A DNA stretch of 63,370 nt, the filler included, from Hausera hauseri (lineage: Eukaryota): assembly GCA_046269625.1 (NCBI GenBank). It is 12 parts of 12 records of this genome, joined end to end, with 100 filler letters (N's around TTAATTAATTAA, not from the genome) between each part and the next. Parts side by side here need not be neighbours in the genome. Positions count along the whole stretch, not along the records: positions 9,594 to 14,562 come from JBJURY010374925.1; positions 14,663 to 22,022 come from JBJURY010019343.1; positions 22,123 to 26,064 come from JBJURY010870182.1; 9 more parts are not named here. One strand, 5' to 3'. Every line of letters begins with the position of its first letter. The stretch's first letter is position 1. The notes beneath the pieces are model-generated. The model was given only the letters and a program-made list of their open reading frames with translations, was not told the origin of the DNA and searched no databases. This document shows positions 12,703-22,887 of the stretch, piece by piece. The position numbers were made by a program, and so were the translations under genes.

Positions 12703-14465
12703 TTAGCGTGGCGGAGGTTTATACGCAAACACGACATTGTCACCATGACATGCTATAGAGATCTTCACAACCTTATGTAGGTTTCGGAGCACATCGTGTT
12801 CAGTGACGAAATTCCGAACATCAATATGTTGCAAGGCTTTGACCGCTTCATCGTGAAGTATCTCCTCAACTTTTTCAAGATCCTTAACTTTATGGTAATC
12901 TACTTCTGTGAATTGTATAATAGATGAATACTCACCGCGGCGAGAAAGAATCGAGAGACCATAACACTGGCCATCGCTCTCCCTGTGTAGTTTGCACGAA
13001 AACCGGTCTCTATTGGCAACCCAGATGGTCAGACCAACAATGAAGCCGTAATGTCCTTCCAAGTGATTATCGTTGAGGACAGCAGGGCAGAAAACGTCTT
13101 TCACCATATCTGTAAGATCTCTCTCAAACTTTTCCACAGAGCCATTAAGTAGATAGTCGATTGGGCACCTCACCTGTTCATCATCTTGTCCTTGTATGTT
13201 GCGTCTTTCAAGTAATGCACGTATTGCCATTTTTGTCTCAGTGTTAGTAATCTCTAACCGGCACTTTAGTCCACTACTGCGCCATCGTCGCTCCGTCACC
13301 CTCATGTAACCGCGTAAAACAAGCAAAGTCCATACAGTGTCTCTCCGTGCCCTTATGTCATCAAAGGTAATATGCTCGAGTACGGACTTCTCAATAAACC
13401 CAAACTCTAAGAGCTTTTCGAAGTCGCCATTAACCCTTGGACCTGAGCGATCCAAAGCGTACATGATTATGGAGTTACGACAAGAGTAAAAAGAACCAGG
13501 CTTAACGTATCCATCACTACGAACAAAATTTACAACAGATATAGGATTATAGATCATCGTCTCCCCAATTTGGTAACCACCAAACGATTTCTTCAGATCC
13601 TCATGGCTATTGTATAATGTGAGCCGTCGATAAACTGAGCAACTTCTTCATCGGTAAAGCCAAAGTGCTGAAAGTACTTGTTGTCCATTATAGAAGATAC
13701 ATGTAAATCAACACCAACAAGTAACGTCACTTCAGCCGCATCGACCTTGCCACTCATAACAGCCTTGTGGAGAACATCATTCGCTTTGAGAACGCATGCA
13801 TACAACGACCCTAGGAAAATGACCATTTCTTTGATGTAGCCGTTCTCAAAAGCACTCTCAAGAGGCTTATCATACTCATCGACTAAGAGCCATGGTTTGA
13901 CGTGATGATGCTTGAAGAGACACAGAGCCAGCAGTGCAAGGGACGATGTTAATGAGTCGGCATTTACTTTCATCCCCAATACGTTTTGAAACTGCGTTTT
14001 ATCCTGCGCAGACAAGTTCTCACTATCGAGAAGGTAACGGTATTCACGAAAAACGTCTGCGATTACACTTCTAAACTCCGCACATGCTTCAGCATAGGTC
14101 TTGCCTTCAACGCTGACCAGGGACAGAAAAAGAACGGGCTGCCTCTTTTGATACTCCCAGTACATATCGCGTAGCTGCGAATCGTTCAACCGTTTGAATT
14201 CCTGACGGGTGATGTGGAGATCCATCGTCTTATACAGAAAGCAATGCAACAGCGACAAAGTAAATGTGTTAGCAAAACAACACGGACGATTGATAGCGAT
14301 AACTTTGTTCGGGTGATCACGTAAGATTTCCTCTATGAACAAACTCTTCTCATCAAAGAACGACCCATTATTTAACAACTCCATAAATTTCCTATAGTAC
14401 GGTGGCAGAGTGTCCCCCCTTGAGCCCGCAAGGTCACTCTCCCCATCGTTTCTCAATTTGCTCAT
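12703..14465 (-). pseudogene. AAA-ATPase-like + PD-(D/E)XK-like protein, copy B, 1-nt frameshift near 13629
   Basis: Paralogous to copy A; LVDEYDKP, IYNPISVV, WTLLVLRGYM, HRESDGQCYG..IIQFT, ALQHI; alignment to copy A shows a single-base deletion. Confidence 0.85.
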
Positions 14466-14662
14466 TATAGATTGGGATTCCTTAAAGAAGAAAAAGAGAA
14501 GGTGAGAAAACAAAAAAATAGCACGGTCCACAGACAACAGTTTCACCGTAGACAATTCCAGTNNNNNNNNNNNNNNNNNNNNNNNNNNNNNNNNNNNNNN
14601 NNNNNNTTAATTAATTAANNNNNNNNNNNNNNNNNNNNNNNNNNNNNNNNNNNNNNNNNNNN

Positions 14663-15190
14663 CCAAAAGTATTGGGATGAATTTCTAGAAGGAACGCAGT
14701 TCGCGATTAATACACCTCCACATCCAGCAACAGGATTTACACCATGCTTTATGATGTATGGGCAAGAGGCAATTTTACCTGCAGATTTAGGTATGACACC
14801 GTACGAAAACAATCTCGAAGATTTAGAGCAAAACTTTGCCGAAGTCCTACAGATGAGATTACAAAAGTGTTGGAAAGTTGCGAAAACAGTATCACTTGAA
14901 TATGAGAAACAATTTAAAAAACAATATGATAAAAAGACTAAGCCTCACTATCTGGAAAAGGGAAATTGGATTTATATACATTATCCAGTAGCGAAGAAAG
15001 GTACATCTTTGAAATTAACACGTACCGGAAGAGGACCATATGAAATTACTTGTACAACACCAGCCACGGTTTATGTCAATAAAAATGGAAAAGAGGAAGT
15101 CGTATCAATCCAAAGAGTAGTTAAAACGGATATAAGGCCAGCTAAACATTACAATCTAAAACCACGAGAAAACAAGACCTTGTCATTTGT
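14663..15190 (+). CDS. Ty3/Gypsy integrase C-terminus (GPY/F region), 5'-truncated
   Basis: WDEFLEGTQFAINT..TGFTPCFMMYGQE..LP, KKQYDKK, KL...GPYEI. Confidence 0.9.
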
Positions 15191-16618
15191 CACCAGACCA
15201 GTATCTTATGTACAGATAATCGTAGCCTTATTGTTGATTGCCACCTTAACGCCTAAGTCTAACGCCCACTGGTAATTAGATAAAAATTTGTTGAGCGATA
15301 TATATGGAATCAGGAAAGCCGGATTAAAACCACCGTCACAAAAGGAGGGAACTCCCCAACATAAAACTAAACAAAAGAACAAAAAATTTTTACGAGAAAT
15401 AAAATTAAATTATTTTCGCCAGAACTCCCATGTGTCGGATTTAAGTTACCAGCACCATATGAAGGGCAAATCCAAATACTATTTCACGACCTATTAAGCC
15501 GAGCCAAGTTTGATTGCGAAATCGAACTAGAAGACGATACAGTTTGCTGCAACGTGAAGTATGGGTATTCGTACGCCCTCATCTATTGAGCATATATACT
15601 GAACTGTAATGAAGTATGCTCTGAAATTAATCTGAATTCACACCTAGTTATACCACAGACGTATAGAGACTACCTCAATATACAGTTAGAAGATATGCTC
15701 AAGTCTATCGACCCATTGAAACGTATGCCAGAAGAAAATGTAGCGAGTGTAATGGAAAATATAAAAGATAATTGTATCCAAATAAATACAAAGGGACGGT
15801 TGATTAAAGGACGAGTAATAACGGTTCAATTCCTGAGAGAAGACAAAGCAGTTTATAACCAACAATACTGTCAAATCGACACTGAAAGACCGAATAATTG
15901 TTGCAAGTTACCTTAGGGACATAAATATAGAATTCGATTGGACTTATATGAAGTGCGACCAAGCCAATCAAGTATTTTCTTAGGAAGTTATCAACTGGAA
16001 AATTAGATTTTGGGAATTCCATTTGAAACAACAACCAACAAAATTACGACTGCGAAAATGAATAAAACTATTTCAACTTCCACCAAATCCCTACAAACAA
16101 CGGGAGTACCTCAAAAGGAGCTAGAGACAATTCCCATAAAATATTGGGCACAACAGTGCGAAATAACCTTCATTGTGGAAGAAACTCTTAACTACAACGT
16201 AGAAATAAGCTGCCGAACATTATACGATAATCAGAAATTAATATTGGTTAAAGGCAGTCATCGAATAAAATGTATTGGTTTAAAACCCAAGACAGACTAC
16301 ATAATACAGATGAACGCCAAGAACAAACAAAGTAGAACGTTTACGGTACGGACGTTAAATGAGATTGTCTTAACAAAACCACTAACCAACGAGAAAACGG
16401 AGGATGGGATTACGACTACCGTTAAAACGGAAAAATCGACTAAATAGACAACGATGTCATTAATACCCATCATCGGAACATCAATATTCGCTCTCATAAT
16501 GATAATTGCGTTCTGCCGATTGATTACCAAAAACTGTTGTATTAAGCGTCACAAAATCACCGAGAGGGAACTAAAGGTGATGGTACCACAAGATGTAATC
16601 AATGATGGAATGACCTGA
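15190..16618 (+). pseudogene. Env-position type I membrane protein with Cys/FN3-like repeats
   Basis: Signal-like IIVALLLIATL, CCNVKYGYSY, CCKLPLGHKY, CIGLKPKTDYIIQM (FN3 L.P.T.Y motif), Thr-rich stalk, TM LIPIIGTSIFALIMIIAFC; stops and frameshifts. Confidence 0.7.
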
Positions 16619-16718
16619 CAACTACAGATCGGGTTATTCCACCATCAAACAAAGAATTGGTTCAAGTTTCGAACAATACTTTGTTTTAGGATTGACCCTT
16701 ATTTTGTATTTTTTCAGA

Positions 16719-17999
16719 ATGGTAAGTACGAGCAGCCGACCTAGAATCGACGAATTTTTGCAGAGATACGGAACAATTCTCATTCCAAAATGAAAAGGGC
16801 TATACCGAAGAATAAACGACGCATTACGGAAAGAAAAACTTGTCAAATACCGGAAAGTAAATGAGATACCTAACGATCTGACGGGTACCACTGAAGAAAA
16901 TCGCACAGTTTTGCTATATGCAATGCGTGATAACAATGAAGCCAGATCATATGAACTTAAAGAAATGATTAAAAGCAAAGTCACCCGAATAGAAGACATA
17001 TTCATACACCTAGCACATTGTGAAGTTTACTACAGAATAAAGAACCAGCAGTGGGATGGTAACGAAGGGCGCCAATATCGATTCAGTACGTTCAGAATTA
17101 ATGGAAAGGGTTTAGAAACTATCGACTATGGATTAGAATTTCGAGTAGCAGCATTACCTATTAAATTGATGTTCGAAGTAACCTATAGAGAGAGCTGTAA
17201 CTTAGGTTTGCCAGTTCTACAGTTCGAACAAGCCTCTACAGAAGCAGAAGTAGATGAACATTTGCAATCGTATAGATTAGTCCAAGACGGTCGCAACATA
17301 AGGATCCTGGCTACGAACTATGGTAGAGGAGACGACGGATATGGAATACCGATTGAAGTGTCAATTCGAGAAAGAGATGGGACCGAATTGTACTCAACCA
17401 TCATAAACCCTCGGATACATGTCCAGGAGTCACATGCGGAAGTGACTGGTCTAAGGAAAGATCAACTGATAAATGGAAAGGATATTCTACAAGTCCGTTC
17501 GGAGTTAGACCATTGCCTTTATGGATTCATGATAACCGGATACAATGTCAAAAGAGAAATTGGACTATTAGGGATATCCGACGCAAATATCGCCGGACTT
17601 AGGGAAATAGCCACTCATCCAGTAGTTCAAGAACGAACGGAGAAAACCGTGCAGGGAAGGAACAGAACAACCGCACCCGAAGCCTTCTTTAAAATCACCA
17701 TCGAAGCAATGAGCAAAAGCCCCAGTAAAATTCCGAGACTTTTGACAGCTATCCAGCGTTCTCAGTATTTACAAGAAATTTACATAATGCTCAAGTGGGA
17801 ACACGAAAGGGCCCCTAAAATTCCTATATACAATCTACGGAGCTCCATAAATTCTGAACGAATAGATGGTAGATATAGAAGAAACATAAAACCCTATTCC
17901 CCGATGAAAACCATTCAACCAGGAGACAAACACAGCCTCAAAATATCAGTAACAAAACCAAAACCAGAGGGCAAAACGGGATTTCAGATGATCGAATAA
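16719..17999 (+). CDS. Retroelement accessory protein with DEDDh (ISG20/REXO4-like) exonuclease fold, catalytic residues altered; one in-frame TGA at 16791
   Basis: PIEVSI...G..LYSTIINP....ESHAEVTGL....L.NG.D...V..EL...L.G..ITGYNV..E; homologous to 27926-29130. Confidence 0.75.
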
Positions 18000-18765
18000 A
18001 AAAAGAAGACACTGCAAGGAACATCAAAGTCTTCAGAAGAACGAAGAGAAGAAGAAAGGCCAGAAACAATAATTAAAAAGATGAAATTGGAAGAGAAACC
18101 CCAACCCAGAAAACAATATCCATCTACAACTATTTATTTAAAAAGCATAAGGCAGATGAAGGACAGAGGGCGGAAAGCCAGCAGAATCAACCTAGTACCT
18201 CTCAGAATACAGAACCAATTAAAAAGGGAATTAGGAGTCTCGTTATAACGGAAATCTACGCCTTAATAGGGAAAAGAAAGAAAGAGGACCCATATTTTAA
18301 AACAGATCAAGATTTTCCCAGAATGTTGGTAACTACCGAATACTACAGCAAAAAAATAATAAAGGAAGCTATGTTCTTCATTAAACTTGCTCCGGCCAGA
18401 GAGGTTTTTGAAAATACATATGTGTGGAAAAATACTAAACTTGGAACCTACCTTACGTCAATTTTTCGATCAAAAAGGAGAGGGAAAATAATAGTCCCCG
18501 TGGATAAGCAAATCCGTATATTGCTGAAGAAACAATATCAGAAATATAAAATAGAAGGGAGGATTACTGGTTTAGATAAGGACCTCTAGCGGACTGGACC
18601 CTGATTCAGGTAGATTGTGATCCACGTAAAAGTTCTATAAACCCTAAACAGAAGGTAATTCACGGATACTTATATCAAGATAAAGACGGCCTCGTGTTTG
18701 AACCTATCGAATTGATTATTCAAGTCGATTTGGATAGAGAATATTGAGGCAGGGAAGATAGTGAA

Positions 18766-19137
18766 TGTCCCGTATGTGAAGCAAACTTGAGACAAGGTTA
18801 CGTAATTTTGGAGAACAGAAATTGCCGTCATAAATACTGCCGAGATTGTCTAGAAAAGTGGACACTCAACAGTGGGAAAACGACGTGCCCAGTATTCCTG
18901 GCTGAAGCCACGGAATTAAAATACTACTCAGATGGAAGTTATACACGAGTTGTTAGAATTAAACCTTACCACAGCTATAACTTGGAAACGAACCCAGTGC
19001 CATATCGACACCCAAAGAGCTCACCAACCGATCTGCCCGAAAGAATGGAAAGATTAAGACGACCGGAAAAATCGTGCGCCATCTCTTCTGACGCAATGGG
19101 CTCATCCGAGGATGCCGCTCAGGGAGGAGAAATGTAG
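18766..19137 (+). pseudogene. C3HC4 RING-finger ORF remnant
   Basis: CPVC-x15-CRHKYCRDC-x12-CPV(F); last ligand mutated and in-frame stop upstream at 18745. Confidence 0.8.
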
Positions 19138-19847
19138 AAATAGTGATCGTGTGGAAACATTAAATTTTAGAAATAAACAGCTGGTAGAAATTGCGTGGAA
19201 AATATGATCAATATTGTGTGATAGTTGGCAATAATCGTGAGTATTCCGCTTTGTAAATAGTAATTATACAGAAATTATGATTGATATTGTGTGATAGTTG
19301 ACTTTGTAAATAATAAAGAATTGTCGGATATTGTAATAAATCGATTGACATCTGGTCATATTGTATTTTGAGCTGGACCTATGGCTATATAAACAAGTAG
19401 TAGAGAAGACAGAAACAGAACAATTTTTGCGACTTAGGCTCGCAGTAAAACGTGATCAATTCAGTGCTAACATTGACGATATTCTATTCATATTACTGAC
19501 TCTTCTATTCATTATTCAAGTTGTGTTTGTACGTGGTATCAATAAAAGGTGATTATTTATTTTTACGTGTTCTAAAATTCATAGATTTCCATCGTCTCTT
19601 AAAGACGATTTGTACTCCACTAAGGTTAACTTATCACTTAAAATCACATAATTAAGACGATATTTTCTTAAACTTGAGGCAAGCATTTAACGCACGCAGT
19701 ACCCGCAATTAGCTCAAATTTTTCTAAATTATTAAGGCACAAGCAAATTACTGGAGAACGAGTAATCGTAACCTGCTGATTCAGCGATTAAAACTTGGAA
19801 TAATATTGTTATAGTGAGAGAAGGTAAGGGCCACCCCAACTGTAACA
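19121..19847 (+). mobile_element. PPT (19121-19132) and 3' LTR (about 19133-19847)
   Basis: AGGGAGGAGAAA then TGT...ACA; TATATAAA at 19386, AATAAA at 19541; 3' end matches the LTR end at 58769-58811(-). Confidence 0.8.
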
Positions 19848-20884
19848 TATTTATTGTCTGATTTTATTATTATACGACCTGCTTCACAAAATTTACAACC
19901 TGAATTATTTGAAGACATTTTTATTGTATGTTTTTATAATTGAAGTGTTGAGAGTACTTGTAAAAGGACTGGACAGGAGTATTTTTTCAAATTTTTAAAA
20001 ATTGTCATAAGTGAGCCTGGTGGGGGGCGAACGAATGAAAATTCTTTCTAAAATTTGAGGGGCCGGCCTATTCCAATCCTTTTACAACTACTACCAAATA
20101 ATAAAGTACAAGACGGTGATTCTTTCATTCTTTTATTTATTTGAATGTTTTTTTATTTTCATAATTTGTTTATCACTTTTTTGCTCATATAAAAGATACC
20201 CTTATACTTAAATGACCTTAAACTTAAATTGCCTTATGTGACTGTGGTTAAGGAATAAATTCCCGTTCACCAAATTTGGGGATAAGGAATAAGTACCAAT
20301 TCCAATTCACCCAATCATCAAATTGGCTTTTGTTTTAACGCAACAATTTAATTAAATGGGTGGGGGTGGGAATTTTGCCAGATAGACCATTTTCCACTAC
20401 TTGTTCGACATAGAAACAATACAGAAACAAATTTACCACTTTTTTACTTATCTCAATCTGACTCGAAATTATGTACAAATCGTGTGCCATTGAACAAAAA
20501 TATCTTGAAACATCTTGACACAGAACTTGAAAATTTTTTGAAGAAGTCGAAAGTGGTACATTGTCTCAAACTTACATGATGCATCAATGACCGGAAAACA
20601 CTAATCGATGGATTCTCCATGATCATCATGTGACGAACATTATGATCATCTCGCATGACTATTTAATATTTAAAAGACAGTGAAAAAGATTTTTAATTTT
20701 TAAGTTTAAATTTTCTATCAAGTGCTAAAATTTACACAACTTTTTAAATAATCACAATTAACGTCGTGACAAACTTTCAGTCAATTTGAATTGTCTCGGT
20801 TTGTGGTGTTCCTTGTAAAATATTACAGACGGAATATAAATATAAAAATAGCGATTTAATATATTAAGAATAACTGTTCACAAA

Positions 20885-21424
20885 TTATTCAATTAATTGT
20901 TGATCTGAATCAATGGACGAACTGCTGAATTCGTCATCAACTGACCCATAGCTGTTTTCTCCTCCATCTACAGAGTTATAGCGGAATTCTCTTTCATTGT
21001 TGTCGAGGTTTGCATAGCTACACAAGTCAATTTCGATTGGGAAAATGTTTGCGTCTTTCCAAACAGAATAGTTCTGAGTGTAAAAATTCTTCAGAGTATC
21101 CATTAGTCTGCCGAGGTGTTTAACGATGTCTTGTACTGATATTAATAACAATATAATATACGATTAAAACGTTGTTCTCACCGTGCTTATTGTCAAGCAA
21201 ATCTAGTTTCTCCAGAACGTCAGTTCTCATTTTTATAAACTTGTTTCGGCTGTCTTGGCGACGTCGCAGCATCAGTCTGTTACATCGATAGAATCAGTGG
21301 TTGCTGAATAAGAAAGCACTCACCTATATTCGTAATTTCCTGTCTCGACTCTTAACAATATTTCTTGAACAGCAATGCAGCAGGACTCCTCATCATCCAT
21401 TTCTTTTACTTTCAGACAATATGC
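20885..21424 (-). CDS. PICK1: PICK1 (PRKCA-binding protein), last three exons: 21424-21324, 21276-21182, 21135-20885
   Basis: Splicing out GT-AG introns of 47 and 46 nt gives AYCLKVKEMDDEESCCIA..RVETGNYEYRLMLRRRQ..MRTDVLEKLDLLDNKHVQDIV..DANIFPIEIDL, the PICK1 BAR-domain C-terminus followed by an acidic tail. Confidence 0.92.
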
Positions 21425-21723
21425 CTGTAAAACCTTTTAAAACGAATTGGAAAATTTAGATATTTCTTAATGCAAATCAGGATAGAAAAAGTTAAAATGT
21501 CGGCAACTTTGATTTATTTTCAAATGAAATTCATGTTGAAGAATTCGTTTTATGCTGAATAATCGAATACAAGGGCCATTTCAAAAGTAATGAACACTAT
21601 TTATTCATTCAGAAACGAAAACAACAAATATAATACAAACGTATAGTCCTTCAATGCAGTCTCATTTTTTGTCAATTACAGATTGCCAACGTTTTTTGAA
21701 GATCCATTATGCCNNNNNNNNNN

Positions 21724-21970
21724 TGCCTATCAATGCTCTTGTCAGACTTCTCTTCGACACTGTCAAAGCAAATTCTACGTATTGACTCTCAACTAAAGAA
21801 AGTTACTTTCCTTAGATTCATATCGCACAAGAAGCTGTTGTAGATTGTGCTGTTGTTCTGCAAGCTTCCATGACCATCACGAAAACGCGTTGTTTCGGTT
21901 AAACGCTGGTTCACTACAAACTCCGATCAATGCAACATGAATATCTGATGCATTTTTTCGACGCATGTTT
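21724..21970 (-). pseudogene. Heavily deleted mariner-like fragment
   Basis: ASDIH..L..V..E.A and LLVRYESKESNFL resemble mariner N-terminal segments. Confidence 0.3.
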
Positions 21971-22123
21971 CAGTTAGATTTAAAATACAGAGAAAACCAT
22001 AAATATATTCATTGAACTATAGNNNNNNNNNNNNNNNNNNNNNNNNNNNNNNNNNNNNNNNNNNNNTTAATTAATTAANNNNNNNNNNNNNNNNNNNNNN
22101 NNNNNNNNNNNNNNNNNNNNNNC

Positions 22124-22193
<70 letters not shown>
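22124..22193. repeat. (AGT)n repeat, probable Polinton terminus
   Basis: About 23 perfect AGT units at the contig end, about 700 bp downstream of pPolB. Confidence 0.6.
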
Positions 22194-22194
<1 letters not shown>

Positions 22195-22887
22195 ATATGC
22201 TGCTACTCAAGTTGTCAAATTTGGAAGAACATTTAATAATTCTTCTCGATCTTTCACAGGTTTGAAAGTATTAGACGGATGCCATGCCATGCCATAAGAA
22301 GCAACGTAAACTCAGTTAGCCAGGACTTTTCCGGGGACAATCTGCTATAAACTTTTCAGAAGATTTTTCCGGGCACGACTAACTGGTTACAAAATGACAC
22401 ACACACGCCCACGATAGCTTCAACGTGAGTAGTCTTATACGTGCATTATGGCGGTTTTCTGGAGGAAGAGGTTGGAGGAGGAATATAGCTTATATAAAGG
22501 AATACTCCCTCCTCTAGCTGGAGGAGGGCATCGGGGCAAACTACTTTTTATTGGAAATGTTTTTAAGGGGGAGACAAATCTTGTATAGTTTTGTTTTTAA
22601 TTAGGTAATTTTGAGTTTTTAATTAAGAAAATGTGTGTAATTTATTGTAATAATTGTAATCCTTAATAAAGTTGGTGTCGTCGGAAGGTTCGTCTGCTCT
22701 GAGGTCGAGCGGATCGTCCGCAGGTGCTGCGGTCGGCCGCTTCAGGGTCGTCCGGGCGTTGTCCTCTGGTTTGCAGGGTCGTTTTCCAAGCATGTCCAGA
22801 CTTCGTTTATTTACATAGCACAACCATAGATATTTTACATTTGCAACTTTTTTTTCGTAGGAAAACACAATGGGCATCTATGTGTGT

